In this document: positions 38,220-47,972 of the stretch, in pieces | Layout of the letters: every line of letters begins with the position of its first letter | How positions within the stretch are numbered: position 1 is the stretch's first letter | DNA from: a virus | Length of the DNA: 64,000 bases | Direction: 5' to 3' (one strand) | IMG/VR virus record: IMGVR_UViG_3300037107_000081 | Coordinates: 11,034 to 75,033 of that record | Position numbers and translations under genes: made by a program | Notes under the pieces: generated by a model | Databases searched by the model: none | Told to the model about the DNA's origin: nothing | Seen by the model: only the letters and a program-made list of their open reading frames with translations

Positions 38220-38698
38220 TAGCCGGTAAAAAAGATCCTAAGGCCAAAGTTAGGAATAGACCGGATCCAATTTTCAGTAGTAAACATTCTAAAGTAAAAG
38301 ATGATAAAGATCACTTTCCGATTGATACTATTGAATGCGGCAGAAACGCTCTTGCTCAATGTGAAAAATATGACTCGGCCCCTACGTGGTGGAAAGGATC
38401 CTTAAAAGAACTTCAAAATTCCGTATCAAGGGCTGTACATAATGAGTATCCAAGTATTAAGAGTGAAAATAAAAAGAAATCTAGTCACGAGGTATTATTA
38501 GAGGTTTTAGGTAGTAGTAAAAAAAGACCGGTTCCATTCTGGGATATAGGAAAAATGACAGATCCAATGCTTGATGAATGGGAAGCTATTTTACAAGGAC
38601 AAAAGGAATTCAGAGACAATCCATTATACGATATTTTCTTAAAAGACATTGCTACTGAAAAAAGAAATAGACAAATGGATTTAAAGCGAGCAGTATGA
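38207..38698 (+). CDS. Start-less -1 frame ORF, predicted frameshift extension of the 37296 gene
   Basis: 163 sense codons (SRKVIAGKKDPKAKVRNR...DHFPI...GRNALA...PTWWKGS...YPSI); stop overlaps the next ATG (ATGA 38695-38698). Confidence 0.75.
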   Translation, partial: SRKVIAGKKDPKAKVRNRPDPIFSSKHSKVKDDKDHFPIDTIECGRNALAQCEKYDSAPTWWKGSLKELQNSVSRAVHNEYPSIKSENKKKSSHEVLLEVLGSSKKRPVPFWDIGKMTDPMLDEWEAILQGQKEFRDNPLYDIFLKDIATEKRNRQMDLKRAV

Positions 38699-38910
38699 AA
38701 AATTTTACTACAGATATTGAAAATAATATGGCCTTTTTTATGGGAGGAGATCTTAAGAAATCTCTAAACAAAGATGAGGCCATATGCTCGTTGAATAAAG
38801 CACGAAATCTTCTTCAGAATGCCGGATTGGAAACTCTTTGTGTTGCCATTGATGCGATTGTTAAAAAGGCAGAGTTTATTGACGAAAGTAACATCGAGGT
38901 AACCATATGA
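38695..38910 (+). CDS. Small hypothetical head-module protein
   Basis: 71 aa, ATGA couplings at both ends. Confidence 0.6.
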   Translation: MKNFTTDIENNMAFFMGGDLKKSLNKDEAICSLNKARNLLQNAGLETLCVAIDAIVKKAEFIDESNIEVTI

Positions 38911-39248
38911 TTTTCAAGCAGGGATCTTGTGAGGAAGAGCTTTTTGAGGGTATGCAAAATGCTCAACAAGAAGCAATTGTAGCTGAAGATCAACAGTATG
39001 AGCGTTTAATTTTGGCAGCAATGGAAGAATTAAATGCTGCGGCTGAATGTTTCGAAAAAGCCGGAAGAACAGCGAGGGCAGCAGAAGTTACTACCGTTAT
39101 GATTGCTTTGGCTGACTCAAAAAAGAAAACAAAACCTTCTGGTAAAAAAAGTGAAATGATAAAAATGTTTAAAAATTTCGGATTCACCCCAAAAGACCTG
39201 GGATATGCTTCTGATGAGGATGCTGAAAACGAAAAAGAGTGTGAGTAA
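38907..39248 (+). CDS. Small hypothetical head-module protein
   Basis: 113 aa, GAGG RBS; L..AAE.FEKAG pattern shared with the 37296 and 38695 ORFs. Confidence 0.62.
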   Translation: MIFKQGSCEEELFEGMQNAQQEAIVAEDQQYERLILAAMEELNAAAECFEKAGRTARAAEVTTVMIALADSKKKTKPSGKKSEMIKMFKNFGFTPKDLGYASDEDAENEKECE

Positions 39249-39274
39249 TTAAATCTATAAATTGGAGGAATAAA

Positions 39275-39745
39275 ATGACAAGTAGACAACAAATCGCAAG
39301 ACAGGCCGCAAAAGCAGCTGCTCTGTCCACATATAATGCAATTCTAAATGCGCCAACACATAAGGTTGCTGGTACAAATTTTAGATCTGCACCATCTTGG
39401 AAGGATATCGCAAAAATTGCAGGGGCTAGCTCTTACGATGCCGTTGCTAAACTTGCTCAGGTTATGCAGATGCCGACCTCTCAAGTTGTTCCGCTCGACT
39501 TTCATAGCATTTCTGATGTTATGCAGCGAGTATCACCTGATTTTTACAAGTGGATTGTTGATGGGGCAACTACCGAAGTTGTTCCTTATGATGCCAAGGG
39601 TTTTGCTGCATATGTAAAGACTCCGGGTGGTAATAAGGAAACTTGGGCTACCCCAGAAACTTGGCCGGAAGTTGTTAGGGCAATTACCTCTAATGTAGCT
39701 CCACAAAGCCAGGAAGGGTTGAAAACATACCTGCTATCCCTGTAA
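39275..39745 (+). CDS. Putative internal head protein
   Basis: GGAGG RBS; RQAA, KVAG, KIAG, KLAQ motifs. Confidence 0.65.
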   Translation: MTSRQQIARQAAKAAALSTYNAILNAPTHKVAGTNFRSAPSWKDIAKIAGASSYDAVAKLAQVMQMPTSQVVPLDFHSISDVMQRVSPDFYKWIVDGATTEVVPYDAKGFAAYVKTPGGNKETWATPETWPEVVRAITSNVAPQSQEGLKTYLLSL

Positions 39746-39780
39746 TTAATTAAATATTGTTAGATTAACTTAGTTAGCTT

Positions 39781-39815
39781 AAGCCCAGTTATGCAAATAG
39801 CTGGGCTTTTTCTTT
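39781..39815 (+). terminator. Intrinsic terminator
   Basis: AAGCCCAGTTAT-GCAA-ATAGCTGGGCTT followed by a T run. Confidence 0.8.
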
Positions 39816-39839
39816 GATATATATAGAAATAGGAGAAAT

Positions 39840-40535
39840 ATGACATTAAGACTTGTTCAGGTAGGAAATGCACTACCAGTATCATACCCAGTTGATCCCT
39901 CAGCAGAATTTGAACCCGGTATGATTGCTCAGCTTTATTTGCGTGGTAATAATATTGTTTGTGGTGTTAGTGATGGAAGAGCACCGTTGGGTATTATAGA
40001 TGATTTTAAAACAAGAGCTTTTACAGCCCCTTCTATTGATGAAACTGTTATAGCAGCAGCTCCGGCAATTGATGATGGTAGTGGTCATCTTATTACTCCA
40101 ATAGATGTAAATATTAATCTTATAAATCCAAATGTTATTCCGGCTAGTTTTATTACGTCGCCTGTTGATGTAGCCCTTAATGCTCGAAATGGTATGATTA
40201 CTTTTCCAGCAGGAACACCATTGAATTTTGATTTGGATGGTGATGGTATTCCAGATTCAATTAGAACAATTTGCAGTTATATTTATCAGGTCCCAAACAT
40301 TTCTGGTGATGATTCTACTGCAGGAAGTGGACATATTACTGTTTGGTTTATGAGAGGAATATATCAGTGTGATAGCTACGAGACAAACCAACGTTATCCA
40401 CTTAATGCTATATTATTTGTATCAGAGAATGGAAAATTAACAACTTCTCAGCCAAATGATGACTATCCAGGTGTTGCAATGGTAACTGGGCCACCCAGCG
40501 CTTCAATGTCCAGTTTAGAATTTGAATGGCTTTAA
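39840..40535 (+). CDS. Putative capsid decoration/cement-like protein
   Basis: FEPGMIAQ..PLGIIDD..G.ITVW..G.Y.CD.YE..Y.L...LFVS.NGKLT; DLDGDGIPD Ca-binding-like loop. Confidence 0.55.
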   Translation: MTLRLVQVGNALPVSYPVDPSAEFEPGMIAQLYLRGNNIVCGVSDGRAPLGIIDDFKTRAFTAPSIDETVIAAAPAIDDGSGHLITPIDVNINLINPNVIPASFITSPVDVALNARNGMITFPAGTPLNFDLDGDGIPDSIRTICSYIYQVPNISGDDSTAGSGHITVWFMRGIYQCDSYETNQRYPLNAILFVSENGKLTTSQPNDDYPGVAMVTGPPSASMSSLEFEWL

Positions 40536-40542
40536 AATTATT

Positions 40543-40920
40543 ATGAAAACTATATATAAAACATGTAGTGGATGTAGAGAAACAAAAATACCCAATGATT
40601 TTTATAAAAACTCAAAACAGTTTCATGTTAGTAAAAATTTAGAAAAGGAGATACTTAAGAGGCTACCATATACAGCTGATGAATTAAGGTTGCATATAGA
40701 ATCATTATGGGAGCCGTGGATGAATTGGGATAATTATGGTAAGTTTGATAAAAATAAAAAGACTTGGCAAATTGATCATATAATTCCACAAAGCAAGTTG
40801 CCATTTGATTTTCTTGATCATAAAAATTTCCTCAAACTATGGGCGCTTGAAAATCTACAACCGCTTGAAACCATTGCCAATATCAAGAAAGGTAATAAAA
40901 TAATACCCAAAGCAGCCTAA
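40543..40920 (+). CDS. HNH-family (endonuclease VII-like) homing endonuclease, possibly internally deleted
   Basis: CSGC; WMNWDNYG; WQIDHIIP; NLQPL....N..K.N. Confidence 0.7.
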   Translation: MKTIYKTCSGCRETKIPNDFYKNSKQFHVSKNLEKEILKRLPYTADELRLHIESLWEPWMNWDNYGKFDKNKKTWQIDHIIPQSKLPFDFLDHKNFLKLWALENLQPLETIANIKKGNKIIPKAA

Positions 40921-41322
40921 ATGTTCAAAATCGTCGAATCAATAACAACGAAACCAATAAAGTTTCCAGTAAAACCAGGAGTTAAGCTTGTTCCTGGTCA
41001 AGTAATAAGTCTTGTTGATTATGGTGATGATTTAGTAGTTGATAAATGTGATGGATATGCTCCTTTTGGTTTATTAGGTAATCGTTGTATTGGTGGAAAT
41101 ATTGTTAATTTTAAAAAGAGAGCCAATACGTTTCCACAAAGAATGATTGCTGATTTAAATGTATTTGATAGAGATAATGAAATAAATGTTGGAAACTCAT
41201 TATATTGCAACAAAGATGGTGTTTTGAGTAGTAAAAAACCATTCGAAAATTCATATGCTTTGGCTAAGGTAATTACTCCTGCAGATAAAAATAGGAAGCA
41301 TATGCAGATTTTGTGGCTGTAA
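40921..41322 (+). CDS. Short paralog of the decoration-like protein
   Basis: PG......CDG.APFGLLG...G.SLY.N.DG.L...P....A.V.TP...M.ILWL parallels 39840. Confidence 0.55.
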   Translation: MFKIVESITTKPIKFPVKPGVKLVPGQVISLVDYGDDLVVDKCDGYAPFGLLGNRCIGGNIVNFKKRANTFPQRMIADLNVFDRDNEINVGNSLYCNKDGVLSSKKPFENSYALAKVITPADKNRKHMQILWL

Positions 41323-41385
41323 TAATAATGCATATCTTAGTATACTATTAGGCCTAAACCCAGCTGTATTATATAAGGTGTTGTA

Positions 41386-41709
41386 ATGAACGATGAAGTT
41401 TGGAAGGATTTTTTCGCAGATAACCAGACTAAAAGAGTTTTGGATAGCTCAGAGGTGTGGAGGAATTATTCTCAGGCTGAGCTAGTACGTGAGCAGCTTA
41501 GAGAGGTTAATGCTGCAAACAAAACAATTGATAACGAAAATCAGTTGATGGCTACTTTGGATGAGTTTCGCCAGAAGATTGCTGAAAACCCTGCTCTCAA
41601 GGCAGAATTAAAAAAAGCATCTGATATTTTGGAACAACATCCTGAATTAAAAGAAAAGGTAGACCAAAATTTTATAAATGGTTTAGAGTTGCTTGACCTT
41701 GGGGACTAA
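41386..41709 (+). CDS. Hypothetical protein
   Basis: 107 aa; DSSEVWR resembles YSSEVYR in the next gene. Confidence 0.62.
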   Translation: MNDEVWKDFFADNQTKRVLDSSEVWRNYSQAELVREQLREVNAANKTIDNENQLMATLDEFRQKIAENPALKAELKKASDILEQHPELKEKVDQNFINGLELLDLGD

Positions 41710-41711
41710 TT

Positions 41712-43382
41712 ATGATTTTTGCAAAATATACAGATAACATATATTCGTCTGAAGTTTATCGTGAACTTGAGCGTCAGGCTGTTAAGAAAGGTTTTTTCAA
41801 GCCAACCGAAACTGAATTAGTAAAGTTAGCGGCGGATGAAGTTAATAAGGTTGAAAAAATTAATCAAGAAGTAGATGTAACTCCTTCTAACGATTTTATT
41901 CAGGATGTGGCTTGTTTGGCCTATGCAATGAGGCGCAAGGGATTTGTTACGTTGGCAGAAGATCTTGAAGAGAAGTTGGTTATTTATAAGAAGGCCGAGA
42001 ATGAGCTTTATAATGTTAATATGGAAAAGACGAAAGATTTTATTGATTTCGCTCACAGAGATGGTGATGTCAATCTTATCGATGGGTCAGGTGAGTTGGG
42101 AACTATAGAAACACAACAGGGAATGGCTGATAAGATTTTAGCTGTTGTTAATAAGAATCCTACGGGAAAGTATCCAACTAATAAAATTGCTGAGTTTGCT
42201 GCTGAAATTATGAAGAAAGCACAAGAACAAAACGCTTCTGAGATGCCGGCTGAAAACCAAAGTACTTATCAACCTGATTCGTCTGCTCCAAAAAATATAA
42301 AAGAATCATTAACAAGGGCCGCAGTTGTTTTGAACGATGTTGAGAGTGTTAAAAATAATCAACCAATACCTGTTAGTTCTTTTTCATTTAATGATCAAAT
42401 AGAAAAAAAAAATGAAGTTCAGAACGCTTATATATATTTTGCTCGTTTAGCTGGCGTAAATGTAAATCAAAGAAATATTCAGGCGTGGTTTATATTAAAG
42501 GGAACGGCGGGTGATAAAGGAGTTTTAACTGATGGTGACGTTCCGGTTATTAGTGCGGCCAATCTTCAATCAGCATATAAAAACGCATATTCATCAAGTT
42601 TTACCCCTTCTGCTGCTAATGGTATCTTGCAAAGTATAGCCGCTGCACTTGGTGTTGGTCCTACTTTTGCTTCTAAATATATTAATGAAACTAGTAAATA
42701 TGATCTTTTTGCTGGTGGCTTAAATATGGCTCCAAATTGGGATAATGTTAACGCTGCTTGTAAAGAGTTGGCAGATCAAGCAAGTAAATTATATATAAGT
42801 GTTTGGGGCGTAAATAATGATACTATAACCAAAGCAACAGCGATATTACAAAGTATGCCAGATAATTTATATAAAAAGATTAATACTATTGATACAAAAC
42901 AAAATTTTCAAAACAATGTAAACAAAGCTTTATCTGATCTAATTAATATTTCAAAAACCATCAGCTTAGCAAGAAATGATTTTACAAAACAACCGACTTA
43001 TAATTATATGAAAGCGATTGTTAATGATATAGATCAAATAGTTACATGGGCTGATGGAATTGTAAAACACATTTCTGATAGTTATAAGACTGTGGCAACT
43101 CCAGAACAACGAAAACCATTTGATATTGATACTCGTGAATTAGATAAAGCATACAATTATTGGTTAATTCAAGCGCAAAGTGAAGATGAGGCAACTAAAA
43201 ATAAAGCCACACATATCGCTGATAGAATACAACAATTAAAAGGAATTTTAGATCAGGGACAGGGTAAGATTTGGCTTGAAGTAAAGGACGATCTTGAGGC
43301 GAATGGTATTAGTGCTCCAACTAAAGAAGCTCTTCAAAATAGCATAAATACAATTGCCAACTCTGCAAAAGGTGGGAGATAA
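41712..43382 (+). CDS. Putative internal/ejected virion protein
   Basis: 556 aa; KLAA, KKAE, KKAQ; N-terminal region resembles 46205 (I..AH......E.Q......A.K.P.G). Confidence 0.62.
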   Translation: MIFAKYTDNIYSSEVYRELERQAVKKGFFKPTETELVKLAADEVNKVEKINQEVDVTPSNDFIQDVACLAYAMRRKGFVTLAEDLEEKLVIYKKAENELYNVNMEKTKDFIDFAHRDGDVNLIDGSGELGTIETQQGMADKILAVVNKNPTGKYPTNKIAEFAAEIMKKAQEQNASEMPAENQSTYQPDSSAPKNIKESLTRAAVVLNDVESVKNNQPIPVSSFSFNDQIEKKNEVQNAYIYFARLAGVNVNQRNIQAWFILKGTAGDKGVLTDGDVPVISAANLQSAYKNAYSSSFTPSAANGILQSIAAALGVGPTFASKYINETSKYDLFAGGLNMAPNWDNVNAACKELADQASKLYISVWGVNNDTITKATAILQSMPDNLYKKINTIDTKQNFQNNVNKALSDLINISKTISLARNDFTKQPTYNYMKAIVNDIDQIVTWADGIVKHISDSYKTVATPEQRKPFDIDTRELDKAYNYWLIQAQSEDEATKNKATHIADRIQQLKGILDQGQGKIWLEVKDDLEANGISAPTKEALQNSINTIANSAKGGR

Positions 43383-43383
43383 A

Positions 43384-45114
43384 ATGATATCTAAGATTGC
43401 TGGACAAGACGCTGCAGCATGGGTCGGATTGACTGGTGGAAAAGGCCCAACTACTGCCCCATCTCATTCTGGTGGTGCAGGTCGTGGTGGTGCAGCTGCT
43501 CAACCAACAACCGAAAATAAACCTGTATCTGATGCTGTTCGTACAATGCAGGGTCTTATGGGAGACTTGCGAAATCAATTACAAGATACAAACAAAGCAC
43601 AAACAGCTCTTGCTCAAATAAATGCAAAAGGACAAAGCGGAATTAAAGATGTTGCAGAATTGGCTGCCGCCGCTCAAGCATTTGGAACAACTTCGGCAGG
43701 TGCAAGATCTTCAACAGATGGTGTCTGGGGCCCGCAAACTAGAAATTCTTTAATAAATATAAAGAATTTTGTTGAAAAAGCAAACATTCCAGGAACAATT
43801 ATTCAAGAAGGAACTGGACCAAGCCCATATAAAGCAACGAAAGAGGACGACCTTCTTCAACTAGCTAATGCAAATATTAATAACTTAGTGCGCTTATTTC
43901 AAACAGTTGGGCTTTCTTCAACGGTAGCGACACAAAAGGGTAGTTTTATTCAGGTAGATTCGGTTGGTCCAGAATTAGATCCTTCGGGTTTTTCTGATGA
44001 TCCATGGCCAACAACATGGGGAAAAAACCCAGTCATGTCTACCGATATACATGATTTCTACAAATTCTTTAACTTTATACAGAATCTACATTTGGTTGGT
44101 GAGTTGTGTAAACCATTAGATGAGCGTGGTAAAGAAGAAACTAATAATCGTAATGATAGAAACAGAAGAGCTGATGATCAATTGTCTGCTATTGAGAAGT
44201 TGGCAAAAGAAATATTAGAATCAACAATTATTAGATTGGGTCAAGAAGGACAACAGGTTGGTGAGTTTGATCGTGCAAAGGGTCAACCAGCTGTAGAAAC
44301 AACACCAACGCCAGAACCAAAAGCTCAAGATGATAAGTGGCATTGTTTTTATTCTATAGACGAAATTATAGATTGGTTTGTTAGAAGGGCTAATGCTATT
44401 TTTGCTCAGCTATATCCGTTATATCGTTCATCAGGAGAAAATCCAAGACCAGATAAGAAAGGCACAGTTGTTACAGAAAATGATATGCAGCTTGCTAATG
44501 ATTATAAAAAGAGCATGGATACAATTCGTGCTCAATGGTATGGAATTAGAAACGATGTAATAAATGCGCTAAAAGAACAGGATAAGCAAGATCATCCTGT
44601 TGTTACTCTTGGTACTATTATTGGTGTTGCAAGTGGTAATGCTGGTGGATCTGGTGGTGCTGGTCGTGGTGAAAGAGCTAGTGGTACTGGTGGTAGTGGT
44701 TACACTTTAAGTGGTGAAGAAGAGCAGGCTAAAAAAGCACCTATAGCAGATTTTATGAAACTTAGGGTTCTAGCAAGAGGTTTGCGCACTAAGGCCGTTG
44801 ATGAGCTTGAAGTATTAAGTGATGATGGACTTCCAAACGTAGATTTAAATGATTGGTTAAATGGTAATTGGCAAAATCTAGCTGAAGACGTTAAGGGAGA
44901 TACACCAGCTCAAAAACTTAATGGTTTTAGAAATTGGGCATTAGCAGTTAAAAACGTTATAACAGATATATTTCGTAACTGGAATAACCGAGATCAAGAT
45001 CATGATGATTCAGTTACCAAACAACAAACACATCTATGGCAGCGATGGTTAGATGCTATTGATAGTCAAATTGGTACTGCTGGTAGAATGTTACAAAGAA
45101 CAACGGGAAGATAA
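43384..45114 (+). CDS. Putative internal/ejected protein with a peptidoglycan-binding-like motif
   Basis: V.TMQ...DGVWGPQTRNSL; starts MISKIAG. Confidence 0.6.
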   Translation: MISKIAGQDAAAWVGLTGGKGPTTAPSHSGGAGRGGAAAQPTTENKPVSDAVRTMQGLMGDLRNQLQDTNKAQTALAQINAKGQSGIKDVAELAAAAQAFGTTSAGARSSTDGVWGPQTRNSLINIKNFVEKANIPGTIIQEGTGPSPYKATKEDDLLQLANANINNLVRLFQTVGLSSTVATQKGSFIQVDSVGPELDPSGFSDDPWPTTWGKNPVMSTDIHDFYKFFNFIQNLHLVGELCKPLDERGKEETNNRNDRNRRADDQLSAIEKLAKEILESTIIRLGQEGQQVGEFDRAKGQPAVETTPTPEPKAQDDKWHCFYSIDEIIDWFVRRANAIFAQLYPLYRSSGENPRPDKKGTVVTENDMQLANDYKKSMDTIRAQWYGIRNDVINALKEQDKQDHPVVTLGTIIGVASGNAGGSGGAGRGERASGTGGSGYTLSGEEEQAKKAPIADFMKLRVLARGLRTKAVDELEVLSDDGLPNVDLNDWLNGNWQNLAEDVKGDTPAQKLNGFRNWALAVKNVITDIFRNWNNRDQDHDDSVTKQQTHLWQRWLDAIDSQIGTAGRMLQRTTGR

Positions 45115-46205
45115 TGGCTGGTGAGATCCAATATGTTTCCGATACTATATTACTTGAAAAAACATTTCGGGTTCTCTCGGAATTTAATGATGGCAATATA
45201 AATAAATATGCCTTTGATATGGGTTCGCTTTTGAGTGGTATTGGTGAAAACATACATTCATTCATTGGTAGCCAAATTCATGATAAAGCTTCAGGTGGAA
45301 TTACCAGAACGATTATAGATTTACTTGCCCCAGCTGTATTTTTTGGGCTTAATCCTGTTCTTGGTTTTGTAGTTGCTTTTGCTCAGGAAGCTTTTGGTTT
45401 TGATATGTATTCTGTGTATCAAAAGATTCATGATGCCATTATACCTGATGTTGAAGCTGAAAAACCAATAAGTGCTGATAAAATAAATAATATTGCAAAA
45501 TCAGCAATTCCAAATACAGACGAAGAAGAAACAGATGAACAACATGCAGATGATCTTTTATATCCATTGAGGGCTTTAGAAGAAAATGGACAATTAACAA
45601 AAGAAGCGTTGGGTCGTCGTTCTTTCTACAGTTCAAAAGATACAAGATTTAAGCCCTTGCAATCACTGCTTGAAGTTATTGGTAAAAGAAAGGGAATGTC
45701 TTTTATTACCGGAATTATAGCTTGGTTTTTGAAGACTATATTATTATCTGCTGGTTTGTTAATTGTTGGTGGTGTTGCTGCAAAAGCTCTTGGTTTTGGG
45801 GTTAAACAACAAAACACTACGACTACACAACCTGAACAAACAAACACACAACAGCCGCAACAAAACACACAACAACCAACACAAATGTCTATTCCGGCTC
45901 CTTCTGGTGCTGGTGCTTACGTATATAAAAATAAACCTAATGATATATGGGTTGAGAATTTAAATGGAAGACAGCCTTATGAAATGATTTTACAATGGGC
46001 TCTTGGGTCATATCCTAGCCTTTACCAATATGACAACATTATATTGAATACTCCGTCTTTTTGGAATGCAGTTCGTAGCGTTACCGAAAATTGGAGACCT
46101 GGACAATCTGATATAGCAATCCCAGATCCATACAAAAAACGGGATGATGTTGTAAGTCTGTTCATAAATGACGTTTTTAGAAATATTAATCAAGGGAGTG
46201 CATAA
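45114..46205 (+). CDS. Putative internal/ejected protein with transmembrane segments
   Basis: LLAPAVFFGLNPVLGFVVAFA and IIAWFLKTILLSAGLLIVGGVAA; KYAF and KEAL motifs. Confidence 0.62.
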   Translation: MAGEIQYVSDTILLEKTFRVLSEFNDGNINKYAFDMGSLLSGIGENIHSFIGSQIHDKASGGITRTIIDLLAPAVFFGLNPVLGFVVAFAQEAFGFDMYSVYQKIHDAIIPDVEAEKPISADKINNIAKSAIPNTDEEETDEQHADDLLYPLRALEENGQLTKEALGRRSFYSSKDTRFKPLQSLLEVIGKRKGMSFITGIIAWFLKTILLSAGLLIVGGVAAKALGFGVKQQNTTTTQPEQTNTQQPQQNTQQPTQMSIPAPSGAGAYVYKNKPNDIWVENLNGRQPYEMILQWALGSYPSLYQYDNIILNTPSFWNAVRSVTENWRPGQSDIAIPDPYKKRDDVVSLFINDVFRNINQGSA

Positions 46206-47440
46206 TGAATCAAGATATTTGGGATGAATTTGAAAAAATAGCAGTTGCACAAGGATTAATTGCATTGTCCGAAGATGATTATTCTAAACCGTTGCCTAAG
46301 CGTTATGATTCGTTGTCTGATGATGCGATCCGTTTGCTTTATAACATTGAACCGGAACCAGAAAAAGACAAGACTATTATAGAAGTAGCACACCCAGAAA
46401 CCTTTACTGTTGGTACTGCTTATGATGCCATGAACTCGGTTGTTGAAAATGAACACCAACACCAAGATATGATGGCCTATATTGCGTTGAAAGTTCCAAA
46501 CGGCCACCTCACACAAAGACGTTATGTTGCTGCAAAACAAGAACTGTTAAACTCATTAATACGATCAGCTTTCACTCTCGATAATAAAGATGAAGAAGGC
46601 CTGATGGTTCTTGCTGATTCTTGCGCAAAAAGATTGGATGAACGAAGTGAACAAATTACTAAAGAGGGTATTGCCCCTTTAGCAGTTGCCGGGGTTGCTA
46701 GTGCTGCTGCATTACTCGGCATTGCTTACTATTTTATATGGGGAGCTCCAACAGCACAAAATGTATACACCAATGCACAAAGGGTTTTAGATGCTCTTGA
46801 ACCATTATCAGATCAACCATACGCAGATCCTATCAAAAAAGATATGACCACTGTAATGAGTATGGCCGAACAACTGCATGCAATGAGAACACAACTTGCA
46901 ACCGTTCATTCTGTTGATGATGTCGTTAATGCCGCACAACAAGCTTCTGAAAATGCAAAAATAGAAGAGGCAAAAACCAAGAGAGATGCTTACGTTGCTC
47001 AGTTAAGGAAAATTTATGCAGCTCTTCCGGAATGGGTTAGAGCAATTAGGTCGGCTCACGTAAATCAAACAAGCACCAATGATTTCTTCGCTAAACTACA
47101 GGAAATTGGCAGCATCTTTACAGAGGGCGGTGCTGATGAAAAATTGGTCCATGAATTAATTGGTAAGTCTGATTGGTTCGCAAAGATAAAACAATACATT
47201 CCGGGTACACAAGATCATTATGCACCAGGCCAAGACAATTCAAAAGAAGCTGTGCATGGCGGCCTAAAAGAAGCAATCGAAAATGAAATATCGGTTATGA
47301 AACAATCTTTTAATAAAGCCCAAGAACAAGTACCAGAAATTCAAAACTCATTGGATATCGCCGCACAAAAAACCAAACCATCTACCCCAGACGATGCAAA
47401 AAATATGTTGGTCAAAGATACAGTCGATAATTTTACATAA
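46205..47440 (+). CDS. Putative internal/ejected protein with a transmembrane segment
   Basis: TKEG directly followed by IAPLAVAGVASAAALLGIAYYFIWG. Confidence 0.62.
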   Translation: MNQDIWDEFEKIAVAQGLIALSEDDYSKPLPKRYDSLSDDAIRLLYNIEPEPEKDKTIIEVAHPETFTVGTAYDAMNSVVENEHQHQDMMAYIALKVPNGHLTQRRYVAAKQELLNSLIRSAFTLDNKDEEGLMVLADSCAKRLDERSEQITKEGIAPLAVAGVASAAALLGIAYYFIWGAPTAQNVYTNAQRVLDALEPLSDQPYADPIKKDMTTVMSMAEQLHAMRTQLATVHSVDDVVNAAQQASENAKIEEAKTKRDAYVAQLRKIYAALPEWVRAIRSAHVNQTSTNDFFAKLQEIGSIFTEGGADEKLVHELIGKSDWFAKIKQYIPGTQDHYAPGQDNSKEAVHGGLKEAIENEISVMKQSFNKAQEQVPEIQNSLDIAAQKTKPSTPDDAKNMLVKDTVDNFT

Positions 47441-47444
47441 TCTC

Positions 47445-47479
47445 CTCTGGTAAAAATAATAATAATCAATGAATGTACC
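47445..47479 (+). promoter_or_regulatory. Bipartite motif copy CTCTGGTAAAA-N18-TGTAC
   Basis: 47447-47455 and 47474-47478, overlapping the start of the 47469 ORF. Confidence 0.55.
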
Positions 47480-47972
47480 AAATGAAATAATAGCCTGGAA
47501 AAAGTACCTAACTACTAAGGCGCTTTATTCAGGACCTATTAATAAAGATAATAACCTTGAATTCAAATCAGCTATCAAAAACCTAGAATCACTCTTAACC
47601 AAACATTCCCCATCTATAAAAGGTATGATCTGGAAAAATAATACCGTAAATAAAAATGTTTCTATCGTCGATGTAAATAATGCCCTAAACCTATTGTCTA
47701 AATTCGCCCAAGCCGATCTAGATGCTTTAGGTCCCCCAGATGCAGATCAACGAGGTACCATAATTAATCAAATGTTTTTAAGCCAGGATATGAAAAATTC
47801 AGACAATTGGAGCGAATCAAATAACCAAAATCAAGGCCGCGAAGGCTCAACTATCCCAAAAAATCTAAATCCCTCTGGTAAAAAAATAACTCAAGAAATA
47901 CCGCAAAAACACCAAAATATTGACGATAGAATGAAGGCACTAACTGATTTATTAGAAAATGTGAAAAAATAA
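47469..47972 (+). CDS. Hypothetical protein (degenerate PG-binding-like N-terminus)
   Basis: I.AWKKYL...LYSGPIN; KFAQ motif. Confidence 0.55.
   Translation: MNVPNEIIAWKKYLTTKALYSGPINKDNNLEFKSAIKNLESLLTKHSPSIKGMIWKNNTVNKNVSIVDVNNALNLLSKFAQADLDALGPPDADQRGTIINQMFLSQDMKNSDNWSESNNQNQGREGSTIPKNLNPSGKKITQEIPQKHQNIDDRMKALTDLLENVKK

Noticed and set aside
42403-42412. A10 tract in the 41712 gene as a frameshift site
   Set aside because: No SD-like sequence upstream and no obvious domain boundary; plausible by chance in AT-rich DNA.
16802-47883. Lone CTGGTAAAA half-sites (e.g. 16802, about 18690 minus, about 21880 minus, 47875)
   Set aside because: They lack TGTA at the 16-19 nt spacing and lie in coding sequence, so they were not counted as motif copies.
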